From the human T2T-CHM13v2.0 reference genome, Homo sapiens: DNA of 64,000 nt. The notes under the pieces are model-generated. The model saw only the letters and a program-made list of their open reading frames with translations. It was not told the DNA's origin and did not search any database. The stretch lies in NCBI RefSeq assembly GCF_009914755.1, contig NC_060929.1. One strand, given 5' to 3'. Numbering within the stretch: the first letter of the stretch is position 1; each line of letters starts with the position of its first letter. This document shows, piece by piece, positions 1 through 18,500 of the stretch. The translations under genes were made by a program, and so were the position numbers.

Positions 1-330
1 TTCAGATATTTAGAGTTTTTATTAAAGCTTCATTATGTAAACATGATTGATTGAAGCCAGTCTCCAGCTCCCCTCCCCACCACCCCCCAGAGATCTGGCT
101 GATAGCATGTGGCTCAAGATCCCAGAATTCTAATCACATGGTTGGTCTTTCTGGGATGACCAGCCCCATTCTGAGTTATCTCATTAGCATAAACTCAAGT
201 GTGGCCCAAGGGGCCCACTGTGAGTTAGGAAGACACTCCTTTCTAATTACTCAGAAACTTCTAAGGATTTAGAGGTTACCTCCCAGGAACCAAGGACAAA
301 GACCAGCCAAATTCTTTAATACACAATACT
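1..330 (-). mobile_element. LTR fragment, MER21-like
   Basis: Motifs ...CTCATTAGCATAAACTCA...CCAGGAACCAAGGACAAAGACCA resemble the recalled MER21 consensus. Confidence 0.6.
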
Positions 331-1445
331 ATTCTTAAAACCCTTTCATTGTTTCTCATTACCTTTAGGATATATATCGACACGGTCCACAGGGCCCCGC
401 ATGATCATTTTCCAGCCATTTTTACCTGTCTCATTTCCTCCTTCACTCCCTGCTCAGAGGGAAGGAGCAAACAGATACACTGGACTTCTGTTAGCTCCTC
501 AAATACATTAGGCTCATTCCTGTCAAACAGCCCTTTCCATATATTTTATCTTCCTGAAACAATCTCTACCCTCAACTTTTCTTAATAAATCCCAAAAATA
601 CTCAGATCTCAGCTCAAATATTACTTCCCCAAATCTCCTGACCTCATCTGAGTTCCCAGAATATTTCTCAGGTCTCTGTTCTTCCTGTTGTACATTCTCA
701 TAAAATGTGTACTTCTCACTGTTTATACTTGTAAGTAAATGCTTAATTGTGTAATGAGTTGTTTATTGCTTGTCTCCTCTGCTAGAATGGAAACTCAATA
801 ATCTCAGGTATTATCTGAGCCTTATACAATTCCTTGCATATAATACTTTTTCCAATAAACAATTATTAGATGAAAGGAAGAATGGAATCAATAACTGAGT
901 AAATGCTGCTTTTAAGCATTCCTAAGGACCTCCATCTTTCCAGTAGTGAAAACTCCTTAGATCTGTACTGTCTGTCTCAAAACTTTTAAAGATTTATATA
1001 TCGGGACTGTGTGACTTATTAACCCCAACATTATTGGCAAGTTAACTACAGCCTTCTCTTTACAGTTCATCAGCCCCAGATTATAATCTTTCTCACTCCC
1101 CAGGGAGTAAAATCGTCCCTGATCCTGGAAGACATATTAATTGGTTTATTTTCACTCTTTTTTTTCTCTTTCCCCCAGTGAATCAGGTTTCACCTTAAAG
1201 CCCATAACATAAAATTTAAGCCTGCTAGATATAATAGTCTAGAAGTCTAATAACAATAGCCTACCAAGAAAAAGATGATTGTTCTAACCTAGCAACAAAT
1301 GACAAATGTGTAAATGTTTCACTTCTCTAAATCCCTTAATAATGTTAACTCGTAATCTCAGTTGCTCTCAATCCTGGTTATATATTAGAGTTACCTGAGT
1401 GCTTAAAAAAATGCTGATACTCTGTTAAAGCAGATCTCTGTCTGA

Positions 1446-1772
<327 letters not shown>

Positions 1773-2502
1773 AGGCATTGGTCTATTTTTAAATGTCCCA
1801 GGTGATTAAAAATGTGCCGTCAGTCATGACCACTGGGGTAGCTGAAGCATTAATCACAGTCATGGCTGGGTACATAAATTCATTCCCACCAGGGGCATAT
1901 GTCATGTCTCCTAATATTCTACTTGCTTAACCCTGGTTAAAATGCAAATACATTATCTGAAAAAGGATAGTGGCTGTGCAGAAAGCCCTTGGGTGGCTGC
2001 CCAGTTTAAAAAATTCCCTTCCCCGAGGACACCACTGATATTCTGGGTTGGCGGTATCTGTATATTATAACCCTGTCCTGCTGGCCATACATAATTAACA
2101 CAAAAGTGTACACAAACTGAGTCATTTCAACAACCTCTGCTTAGAACTTGTTGTTTACAACAAGTTTAGAGCCTAGCCATACTGTTCTAGTAATGCTTTT
2201 TGTAACATTTACTGATTTCCTTGGCATAAATATACCATGACCAATTTCAAGCTGCTGAGATGGAGCAGGGATCTCTCTCAGAGGCCTGTGCCACCCTGGC
2301 ACCACCACCCCCCCACAATGCCCACAAGCATGGAAATAAAGGAAAATCTTGAGTTCCTGCAAGGGAAATTTCAGGCAACCTAGCTAACCCAGAGAAGTAA
2401 GTGAGCAACTTGATAAGCACAAAGGTAACAGTAACTTAAAACAATAGCCAAGGAAGTTAGAGTAGTAAGATATTTTATTCCCTCCAGAAACTTTAACATC
2501 TT

Positions 2503-3785
2503 TTCTCTTCTTCTTCTTTTTTTTTTTTTTTTTTTTTGAGCATTACTCATTTTACTCTTAAAATTTTTTTCATTTCAGTAGTTTTGTGGAACAGGTGGTT
2601 TTCAGTTACATGGATAAGTTCTTTAGTGGTGATTTTTTGAGATTTTGGTGCACCCGTCACCGAGCAGTGTACAGTGTACCCAGTGTGTAGTCTTTTATCC
2701 CTCACTCCGTCCCACCCTTCCTCCAGAGTTCCCAAAGCTTATTATATCATTCTTATGCCTTTGTGTCCTCACAGCTTAGCTCCCACTTACAAGTGAGAAC
2801 ATACGATGTTTGATTTTCCATTCCTGAGTTACTTGACTTAGAATAATGGCCTCCAATTCCATCCACGTTGCTGCAAATGCCATTATTTCATTCCTTTTTA
2901 TGGCCGAGTAGTATTCCATGGTATATGTATATACCACATTTCCTTTATCTACTCATTGGTTGATGGGCATTTAGGCTGGTTCCGTATTTTTTCAATTGTG
3001 AATTGTGCTGCTATAAACGTGTGTGCAAGTGTCTTTTTCATATAATGACTTACTTTCTTCTGAATAGGTACCCAGTAGTAGGATTGCTGGATCAAATGGT
3101 TGATCTACTTTTAGTTCTTGAAGGAATCTCCACACTGTTTTCCGTGGCAGTTGTACTAGTTTACTTTCACACCAGCAGTGTAAAAGTGTTCTCTTTTCAC
3201 CACATCCATGCCAACATCTATCATCTTTTGATTTTTTTGATCATGGCCATTCTTGAAAAAGTAAGGTGGTATTGCATTGTGGTTTTGATTTGCATTTCTC
3301 TGATCATTAGTGATGTTGAGCATTTTTTCATATATTTGTTGGCCATCTGTACATCTTCTTTTGAGAATTGTCTATTCATGTTCTTTGCCCACTTTTTGAT
3401 GGGATTATTTATATTTTCTTGCTGATTTGTTTGAGATTCTGGATACCAGTTCTTTTTCTGGTATATAGCATGCAAAAATTTTCTCCCACTCTGTGGGTTG
3501 TCTGTCTACTCTGCTGATTATTTCTTTTACTGTGCAGAAGCTTTTTAGTTTAATTAGGTCCCATCTATTTATTTTTGTTTTTGTTGCATTTGCTTTTGGG
3601 TTCTTGGACATTAATTCTTTGCCTAAGCCAATGTCTAGAAGGATTTTTTTTCCACTGTTATCTTCTAGAAATTTTATGATTTCAGGTCTTAGATTTAAGT
3701 CTTCAATCCATCTTGAGTTGAATTTTGTATAAGGCGAGGGGTGAGGATCCAGTTTCATTCTTCTACATTCCTTAATTGACTTGCC
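2503..3785 (-). mobile_element. 5'-truncated L1 (L1PB-like), ORF2 3' end and 3'UTR
   Basis: Minus-strand ORFs (KLDP..SPYTK.NSRWI.DLN; [17 protein letters not shown]) are L1 ORF2p C-terminus; poly-T at about 2517-2538; TAACATCTT repeated at 2494 and 3795. Confidence 0.93.
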
Positions 3786-3805
3786 AGTTAAAGATAACAT
3801 CTTAA

Positions 3806-4423
3806 TGTTACCAGCGGAGGGTGTTCAGGTTCTTGGCAGCTTTGGACAAAGAATTGGACAAAACACACAAACAAAGCAAGGAAACAATGAAGCAACAAGA
3901 GCAGAGATTTATTGAAAATGAAAGTACACTCCACAGGGTAGGAGTAGGCCGGCACAAGCAGCTCAAACGCCTAGTTACAGAATTTTCTGGGGTTTAAATA
4001 CCTTCTCGAGGTTTCCCACTGGTTATTTTGTGTACACCCTAAGTAAATGAAGTACCTGCAATCAGTCTGATTGGTTGCAGAAAGCAACCAATCAGAGGCT
4101 TAAGTGAAGTTACAAAGTTACACCCCATCCAAATGTCTTATTGGTTGCAGAAAGTGACCAATCAGAGGCAAAAGTGAAGTTACAAAGTTATACTCCTTTG
4201 CAAATGAAGACTTGGCCCATGACCAGCCTGATTGGTTGCAGGAGGGGACCAGAGGTACTTTCAGTTTTTCATCTGCCATGCACAGAAGTGGGGAGGTTGC
4301 AAAGGGAATAACCCTTTTGTTACTTGGGCGTGGAAAGTTGGGGTTTTCCTTTTGATTTAGTTCCAGGAATTCAGCTTGAATTGGCCTTAGGTTCCCTGCC
4401 TCAGACCCTGTTTTCCTGCCTCA
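3806..4423 (-). mobile_element. Solo LTR, MER51A-like, with multiple CCAAT boxes
   Basis: TG...CA ends, TSD TTAA at 3802-3805 and 4424-4427; repeated GATTGGTTGCAG and CCAATCAGAGG units. Confidence 0.8.
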
Positions 4424-5940
4424 TTAACATATGTCCCTGAGTTGTTTTTCAGAAACTCAGACACCCACCAAATGGATCCACTGGCACATAAACCTCAGGT
4501 AAGGGAGAACTGAGGACTAAACTCTGACGGCCATTCGTTGTTCTAAATTTCTTCTTGAGGGGTCTGGAAGGAATCAAGTCCAAGAGCCAGAGGTAACATT
4601 CTTTTCTACTGACCCTAAATTTTTAAACCAAGCTTTTCTTTCTTAACTAATTGCAAATCAGAAAATCTTTGAATCTACCTATGACCTATGAGCCCTCGCT
4701 TCAAGATAACCTTTTTATGCCAAACCATTGTATTATCTCCATGTGTTGATTCATGATTTTGCTTACCCTTGCCTTTAAAAACCCTTACTTGCAAGCCATC
4801 TAGAAGGTCAGGTCTTAAGCCTGAACTGCCTAATTCTCCTTGCTTGGCGCCCTACAAATAAACACCCTTCTTTCTCCCACTGCAAACCTTGGTGTGGATG
4901 TTTGGTCTCACTGTGCTAGGTGAGGGGGCCTCAGTTCATTTCAATAACACTGCTAATGTAATATAATTCAGTGATATGATGACTTCCAACTCTTCAACAA
5001 TTGGTTCTCCGCAGTTGCTATGAGCAAGCTCCAGCACAGCAATCAAACTCTGTCACTTTAATGTCACCTCATCAGGTATAATTCAAATATACTTACTGCT
5101 CTGTTTCCTGCATTTCCCAGGGCTGAGTAGTGTAACTCTCTCTTAAATTCTCTGAGACAACCCCCACTGCCACCACCACTACCCATTTCCTTCCCAATAA
5201 GTTATTATTGTTATTTATTTATTTATTTTTTGCTTAAGCCAGTCACAACCAATTTTGATATGTGCAATTAAAAGAACCTAAAATAATATGGTCGCTCGTT
5301 AATGAATTAACATTTTACTTTGAGGAAGTTTATCAGTTACTTGCCCAAGCAAGTAATTTACAAGTCCTGAGAGAAATAGGAACGTATTTTAGAAGGCAGG
5401 ACTGGTTTCAATTCCAGTGGGTGATCTCTGAGCAACCAGATGGTAGCTCCAGGGCATTGTGGTTTGTAGACAGACACTGAAAGCAAGTGGAAGAAAAGAG
5501 AATGCTAAAAACAAACCTTATCTTCAGTATTCTGCCCAGCATGGCTTCTGGCACTCTCCACCTCCTTTGGCGAGAATTGCTCAAACTTTTAAAAAGGGCT
5601 GTTGATCCAAATAATATGGAAGCTAGGGTTGTTTATTTCCAAGTGCTCATCATCTTAGATTCTTTAAAGAAGTTGAGGTATTGCCACTTTGAGGAGCAGA
5701 GAAGAGTCAGGAATAACAAATTGGGTGAGAAAAATTATGTCTGATTCCTCTTCTCAGATACATCAGGTTACTAAAGCATTGTGTTTTTCAAAGTTTTACA
5801 AAATTGCCTACAGAATGGTCTGTATGTTTAATACGATAAACTATGTATATTACTGGGGGGAAAACCAAGTTTTAGCGGTGATTATATTAATATATAATAG
5901 AGAGTTAAACTGGGAATAGAAAAATTGATTTAAAAAATAA

Positions 5941-6306
<366 letters not shown>

Positions 6307-6929
6307 GCAACTTATTAATTATATGTATATAAGTAAATATTTTACACATAAAATTGGTTCTTTTATTTGACTAATTTATCTTCATATTAATTAGTCTGAA
6401 TAATTTAAGCTATATTTGCCTATTCAAACTTTTAAAAATTATCAGAAGTACTGCTCATATTCTGCAATTTCCTGTATGATCTTGAGATACTCACTCACTC
6501 CTTCTGGTCCTCTATTTCCTCAATAGAAAATGACAATTAGATTAGATATCTCTAAGACCTAGTCTAGCTCTAACACTCTGTGAATCTATACACACCTTCA
6601 CATGCAAACTTTTGTATATGTTCTGAGAAAAGAAGGAGAGAAATTATACAAGTACATGATTTTAAACCTTTGGATTTTTTTTTGAAGATCATATGTGAAA
6701 AAAATGTTCTTGGTAGTACTAGTCCAGCATACAATAGGGCATAATTTAATCCCTAGAGGACACAGTTATTGATAAATATTAGAGGATAAGATAGTAAGGT
6801 AATAGAAGGGTCACCCACAGATGCTTGTATCAATGTCCTAATTCAGTCGTAAAAAACAGAACCCAAAGGAGATCTCCAGGAACCTTGTAGGTCCTTAAAG
6901 TTGCCCCATGATTGTAATGTATTCTCCTA

Positions 6930-7450
6930 GTTTAGCAGTTCTTAAATGTCAGTGTTTTTAGAATCAACTGGGGAACTTGGTATAAACAGAGGCCCATGAT
7001 CTATCCTACCCACCAACCTGGTCCTCTGCATTGCTTTATTTGATGGTAATACACATCAAAGTTTGAGAGCCACTGCACTGGTCTATTTACTCTTTCATTC
7101 TTTCTGACCAGTAGGTCTGAAAGTTTTCTGCACATTAGAATCAACTGGGGAGCTTCTTAAAAAATAATCCTGATTCCCTAGCCCACATTCCATAACAATT
7201 GAATCAGAAGCTCTAAAAAAGAAAGCCAGGTATTAGTACTTTTTGTAGCTGCTGAGGGGATTTCAATGTTCTGCCAAGTTTGAGAACTAGTGTTTTCTTC
7301 CAGTGCTTCTTAAACTTGCATATGAATTTCCTGGCAATCTTGTTAATGTGTAGATTCCAGTAGGTCTGAGATAGGGCATGAGTTCCTGCATTTCTAATAA
7401 GCACCCAGGACATGCTGTTGCTGCTGGTCTGGGGATCACATATGAGTATT
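6930..7450. mobile_element. Cluster of about three MER5-type hAT remnants
   Basis: Repeated motifs TTAGAATCAACTGGGGA and AAGTTTGAGA(G/A)C, plus CTGCATTTCTAA. Confidence 0.6.
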
Positions 7451-7733
7451 AAAGTCCTGAACAACAATTTTATATCTCTTTCCCAACCCCCCTCCCAGCA
7501 TTTTCTCCACCATCCATTCAACCAAAAGATGCAAAAAAGTATAAACTCAGAAATGGAGAAGCCATGGTAAAAAAAATGAATGATTTCTCTGAAGAGTGCT
7601 GCTGATGATGTAAAGAAATTTAAAACTGGAACAAATTGTGAACTGAAGGTTCTATTTGGATGCTGTAATCAACTGGTCATTGGAATGGCATAAAAGAGTG
7701 TCCAGGAAAATGCCATTTAAAAGTTGAGTACAG

Positions 7734-11555
<3,822 letters not shown>

Positions 11556-14500
11556 AAAAAGATTTGCTGGACAAAGATATCCAGAAAGCCAATATTTGTA
11601 CACAGAATAGTTGAGAGAAATAAATTAATAAAATAAAACTTCTCAACCTTATCTAGGCCACTGCTTTCACAACCTATTAGTCCAAAGAAACCTCCCTTAC
11701 ACGTTAACATCCCAGGGTACACATTCTGTAAAATGCTGCTCTAGACTCACAGACTTAATAACAGAGGTTGGGGGAGTTAGAAAATATTTTGACATGCTCA
11801 GTTTCTTTCATTTTTCTTTCGGCTTCCTCAAAAATACCTATTTGAATATGTAAATAGTATCCATGAACATTATTTCTGGTAAGAAAGGGTTTCAGGTAAT
11901 TAAAAGCCCAGGATAATTATATTATGGTCTATGTTTAATTAGTGCTTCATAGTAATTAAATTAACTTTTCTTTTACTTGAAGGCATGGCTTTGATAGTTG
12001 ATTATCTAAAAGTAATTTTCTAGGCAATAATTCTGTCCCTGTTGAAATATTAGTTTGAGAAATAGGTGAACTTGGTTTCCTTAATCAGGCTGCACTGTGC
12101 TTCACTCACATCCCGTGTCTCCTTTCACAGGTAAAGGATGAGCAGAGACATCACAATTTACACATTAATTAGATTGTAAAATGAACTCTGGGAGAAATAA
12201 AAATCTCGAGCCCTCTGCAGACTTAGGAGACAGATCAGCATTTAGCACGGTCTCCTACTGTGTTTAGAGTGGACTGCTTGATTGAGAAATGATGTCAAGC
12301 ATTGTTCTGATGCTGCTATTCTCTGGTTTCTTTCTTTTCGCAGGCTGGATTCTATAGGTTTGCACCCAAACAACCTATAGGCATGACACAGCAAACCCTC
12401 ACACAAACACTGGTTTTGCTTTATGAATTCAATCCAAGACAGGGAAAACAGTCTCAATTTTCTGGCACTCTCCCTCTTGAGCCCTGGAACTGGAGAAATT
12501 CTATGACAGGCTATTCCTATGTTGAAGTAAGAGATGCACAGTCAAGAAAAGCCAAGAAACTCAAGTAAGTATTGTATGCCGGCACCAGAAGCACAGGACT
12601 GCTCTGACTGAAAGTGGCAATAAAGGAAAGCTGAGACACGTGGGAAAAGGGACAAGAGCCAGAAGAAATACAAAAGGAAAAAAACAGGCAGAGTAAAGGA
12701 CAGCACAGAATAGACATGGTGGTGTGGAAAACAAGCAGCAAGCCGTCTGACAGCTGAGAAGAGCAGCAAAGAAACTTAGAGCAGTTCTGTCATGTGGAGA
12801 GAGGGGCAAATAGCCCCCAACCCCAAAAAGCGTGGTAATTAAGGCATTCACTCATTCACTCATTCATTCAACAAACTTACTCTGTGGGAAAAGCTTAAAC
12901 TTGATTCACTTCTAAACACCCACTTCTATTATTTTTACATTTTATTATGATTTAAATGTTATTATTAAAAAATGTTTTGGCCTTATATACTCAGGATCAT
13001 GAAATCTGGCAGAAATGACATAGATAAAATATTGTTTTTATGAGAAAGGATGCTAACATGGACAAATGCTGAGTGTGGACAGATCCGTGTCTCCAACCTC
13101 TCCCATCTGTGTGTAATATTCAGTGCCCTCCCCACCTCCAGGTAGTACAGAAACCCTGATGTCTCCATCAGCAGGTGGCTTTGGGCCTCAAAGTAGAAGT
13201 CAGACATAGAAAAGAAAATTTAAATACAATTTTTACACATCTAGGTTTCTAGCCTAGGAAAGTACGTTCTTAGGTTTGATTTGAAAGAAATGTTTTTAAA
13301 AATTCCATTCCCCACATTTTCTAGTTAAAATTTAAGGGCAGGATATAGTCTCCCTATTTAACAATAACAAAAATGGTATAATTTTCCATAAATTTAGTAC
13401 TTTCCTACTTTTGAAAGAACAAGATTTTAGATGCGAAGTCCTATATTCAAGGCTGACAATTAAAATAGACTTTTCAAAAAATCATTTTAAAATCCCGTAG
13501 TTTTAAATTTAGCTTTACAATGTTCAGATGGTAATGTGAATAGAAATGGTGACTCAATTACTTTTCAAATGAAGTACGTTGATGAATATATTCATTTTCT
13601 CTTGGCAGGGAATTATTATTGCCTTAAATTTAATCTTACTTCTGCACATGCTACAGGAATTTTCATGGCTAAACTGTTTTAAATTAACTTATGATTCATC
13701 CACCATGAAAAATGAGTGTACTCTACCCACAATGAGGCAGAGTGACAAGTAGACTGTAGACGACTTTAAATTTGATTTTCTCAGACATTTTATTAAAACC
13801 CTTCTCTTGGGTTGCTAGAAATCATGCCCCTGGATTCACTCCAGGGGCAGGCTTGGGAGACTGGACTGAGCTGGCAGGACATGCACTTGTCCATTTATTC
13901 AACAAATGCAGAATTAGGCACATAAGGGATCAAGGCCAGAGACTCTGCTAAAACAGAAAGAATAAATGAGCCTTTAGGTCCAAAAACCTACTGACAAAGG
14001 AATAGCCAAACTTTATTCTCTAAAGATAATATTGTAGCCCCTGATCCCAGGGGAGAGGTTGTTTGCTCTCTGCCCCAGTTTGAAGCAACCTGAGGGCAGA
14101 AGAAGGAAAGAACAGGATCTAGACTATAGTGGAAAGAGATGAGAAGTCTGCAGGTAAATCTAATTCTATGATTCCAGGACAGAGAGGCCAAACCTGCCTT
14201 AGGTACACTACCGACTTCAAAAGCATTATTCCAAAAGTCAATATCAATGCCTTATATACTTATCTCTAGTTAGAAGTGTGTACAGATGAACAAATGTCTA
14301 GAACTGGGAGATATAAAAGCAGCTCTTAGGTAAGAGGACAGCTACAATCAACTTAATTTGGCTCAATGAACTCATCTTCTCCCAGGAAGGGTTTTATGAT
14401 GTGTATTTATTCACATCATAGAATAGGGAACAAACTTAAAAAGGCAAAACTCATTTTGCACACAGGCCAGTGGCAGATGAGAATTTGGAACTCACAGTGA

Positions 14501-16816
14501 ACTGTGGCTTTGGAAAGATCACCCACTTCATGTAGTATTTTAAATGTGTTTTGTGAGCGAGTACCTAAGGTAGTAGAAGACACAGTTACAAGTATGATCA
14601 ATCAACCTTAGGCTATTTAAAAGTTCTAAAAAAAAAAAAAAAGAAGCATGAGGACTTTTCTGCACCTTAGAAAAGTGAACAAAATAATACATGCTCTTAA
14701 CAGTGATAGCAATTGCATTTGTGCCCACAGAGGAAGAAACATTCATTTATAAAGGACAGGTAAAAGATGGGTTTTGAAAGATGTCACCTCAGTGAAAGAA
14801 ATCTGTGAATGCAGCCATTTCTGACTTTGTTCTGAGTCAAATAACCTTGTTCTAACCATTGCCTTCCCTCCCAAATCTTGAATAAACACAAACACACACA
14901 CACACAGCTATGTTATCGAGCTAATTACTTTAGTTTCCTTATCTATAAAATATGGATAATAGTATCAACCTCCTAAATCTCTTATGAGAATCAAATGAGA
15001 TGATCATGCAAAGACACCACTTAGCAGTGTCTATCTGGCAAATGTCATTATGAGACTGCAGTCAATGTTGCAAATTAGTACTATGTTTATGATTCAATAG
15101 ATACCTCAAGTATGTAAACATACTTGAACTGGTCTGCAGTCCATAATTTAACTTGGATGTATAAATGAATCACTTTGAGCAGGTCTATGCACTCAAATCA
15201 TTGAAGGCCAATGTGAAAAAACAAACAAACAACAAAAAAAAAACCTCTGAGCACTCTTAATTTTTATTTTTGTCTTATTTGTTCAAATGCCAAGTATAGG
15301 CATCTTACAATGATACCATGTGTGTCCCCAGAAAACTTCACATTTTGGAAAAATTGCACACTAAAAATAATAGGGTCTTTGGGAAAAATGCATTAATAAT
15401 AAGATATTTAAATCCAATACAGGTTTGAAATCAAGACTCTAACACAAACAGTTAGAATCCTAATAAGAAATTATGCTATTATGGTTCAATTTCCATGGGC
15501 ATTTGCCATAAAATTTCAGTCATTCCAACCCTTGTGGCCTTTTACCATGGAGTCATGCTTTATTTTTCTTTTAAAATGAATGTCCTTGAAACAGTCACTT
15601 CTATAGAAAGAAGTTTAACCAAAACTTAAAATACTATCCAAGGGTAGCCTTTTTAATCATTAATTTTCTTTTTAACATGAGAGAAATATCTTCAGGCTTC
15701 ATCTTTTCTTGAAACTCCCCAAAGAGCTTAACATATAGAAAATCTAGCAGTTTTTCAAACCACTAAATAAGTCACATTTTACACAAATGAAAGGCATTTC
15801 TGCAGATTATATAGGTTTTATCTTAAAGTCTTAATATATTATGAAGTTTTTTCTCTATTAGTAAGAAAGCTTGACTATAATGGGTTTAAAACATTAGCAT
15901 GTTGGGGGAAATTGCATAAACCCACATAACTTCCACTGACCTCAGCCTCCTCTTTACCAGTCATGGTAGAGATAATTAACATTAAAGAAACACATTATGG
16001 GAGAACAGACTATGATTGCATCATTATTATAATGACAACAAATGTAACCCTTATTTCCTATTAAAAAACACTTTCGATTAATGATAAGGAATGTTCTAAA
16101 AGACTAGATTGTTGCAGAGTTGAATAAATATCCATGAAATTGAGCTCTAAGAATGTAAACAGAGATTCTGTTGAAACTACTTTCACAGGATACATTGTCT
16201 ATATCTCACACTGGAGACAATTTTGTAGCAGAAAAACTTTGGAGAAAAGAAAAAAAACCCAGGTGGGTGGGCAGCAGTGGAACCAGATGAACATTCTCTG
16301 TGGAGCTTCACCAGCGATTGCATAGAACTCTGTGATTTTACAGTGAAGACTGTCTGTTCCTTTCCATGACTTACAGAAACCAGGAACTTTGCTCCAAAGA
16401 AAAGGGCGATGGCATTTTGAAAACTAGCTAACCGTCAGAGGCAATTGCAGCGGAACTTTGGCCACCGTTGGATCATTTCCACTTCTCTCCCACTTACTTG
16501 ACAGCCTGAGTCATTTTTAGATCTGATTTCACAGTCAAGAGTGAATCTGAGTCCCAAGACATCTCCCTGTTGGTCTTGTAGGTAAAAGGGAATAGAAAGA
16601 TGTAGGAGAAGGGAATTTTCAGTTCTCAAATAATTTATGCAAGTATATACACACATACACATGCACACACATATGTGTATGTGTGAGCCTTGTTAACTGC
16701 AATGTTGGGAATGACTGTGTGTGGCCACGACCAAATTGCTGGGACACACAGAAGAAAGATTATTCTCTTTTAGTCACATGCAATAGTCGATCTTTCCTAT
16801 AAATATATTTTGAGCA

Positions 16817-17225
<409 letters not shown>

Positions 17226-17819
17226 TTATTTGCATTTTTGAGATATAAGTATGTTTTAGTACAATGCTGTTTGAGCTATTTGACACCAACCTCTGCTTTC
17301 CTTCCAGCAAATTCAAACCCTACGTCGTATCTTGGCAGTCATCCTGTCCTTAAGAACATTTATGGAGCTAGAGCTAGTTCACTGTTCTCAGTAATTACTT
17401 ATATCAATTCTCCTGCTGTTTCTGGCTGCTTCTGCTCTGGCTTTGGGTCCTCATCCCATTAACTGGCCTTTGGCCATAGATCCCTGACTGGCCCCTGCAA
17501 TTATGCTCAGTTCATTTTCCTTCTCCCTACTTACGGCATAGTTGTCACTGGGTCTCTGTTTTCACTGGTCTCTCCCACTTGATACCATATCAAATTGGCA
17601 CTGTTGGCTTTCTGATCCAAATATCAATATTTTACGCATTTCACTTTTCTGCTGGTTCTCTGTCTGCTCCCTCTTATTGGACTTTGTGGGCACAGACCAC
17701 CCACTTATCCCCTTCTTCTCTTCTCCAGATCCCTGGTGCCTGTCTGGCTTTCTGCATCCTGATGCCCTCAGTTGGGCTCCTACCTCAGAGCCTCATCTTT
17801 GTAGACCTTTCAAGTTCAT

Positions 17820-18500
17820 GCCTCACCACAGTCATTCCACTGAACTACTCCCCTGGCTGTTCCCCCAGATGTCTCCTATACTTTCTTCTGCCTCTGCCCT
17901 CTGCATCTGCTCTTCTCTTTGCTTAGGATGTGACCTCCACTCTTTGCCAGGCTAACTGCTTCTCATCTTTCAGGACTCAGCATCAATGCCACTTCTTCAA
18001 AGAAGCCTTCCCTGATCTCCCAGGGCCAGGTTAGGTTAGCATCCTATGTGCTCTTAAAGCTTCTTACCTTGTCTTACTCCTAGCACACACATGTCACACT
18101 GGGTTATTGTTGCCTTTTTGTTTGACTGTTTCCCCTAGTTAAGTGAAGTACTTAAGAAGTGATCATCTTGAAGGAAAGAACTTCATCTTGTGATAATTTT
18201 ATCCTCAGCATCTAGAACAAGGCCTTGCCCATAGAAAACTCTCAGTACTTTTGTGTGATGAAATACAAAACTAAAAATTAATAAAAATTAATAAAAAAAT
18301 AAAAAGCTAAAAATAAAAAACTACAAATGCAACCACATAAAGCATGGGTATTATCATCAATCCCATTTTAAAGATAAGGAAACTGAGCATGGAGAAATTA
18401 AGTGACTTTCCGAAGGTTACATAGCCAAGAAATACAGATGTGAGTTTCAAATCTAGGCAGTCTGCCTCCAGAGCCTATATGCTGAATTGCTACTCTATAA
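17820..18500. mobile_element. L2 3' fragment followed by a MIR
   Basis: L2 motif CTCAGCATCAATGCCACTTCTTCAAAGAAGCCTTCCCTGA; MIR core CCCATTTT...GGAAACTGAG...TAAGTGACTT. Confidence 0.7.

Larger units (their letters stand above)
2256..4949 (+). mobile_element. ERV1-type solo LTR (MER4-group/LTR54-like), split by an L1 and a second LTR
   Basis: Starts TG at 2256 and ends CA at 4949; 4-bp TSD CTGC at 2252-2255 and 4950-4953; AATAAA near 4857. Confidence 0.75.

Noticed and set aside
4060-4245. Regularly recurring GATTGGTTGCAG/CCAATCAGAGG units that look array-like
   Set aside because: Internal CCAAT repeats of the MER51-like LTR; no unique spacers or cas genes, so not CRISPR.
17542-17955. 137-aa and 115-aa ORFs
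   Set aside because: Pyrimidine-rich sequence running into an L2 remnant; low-complexity translation.
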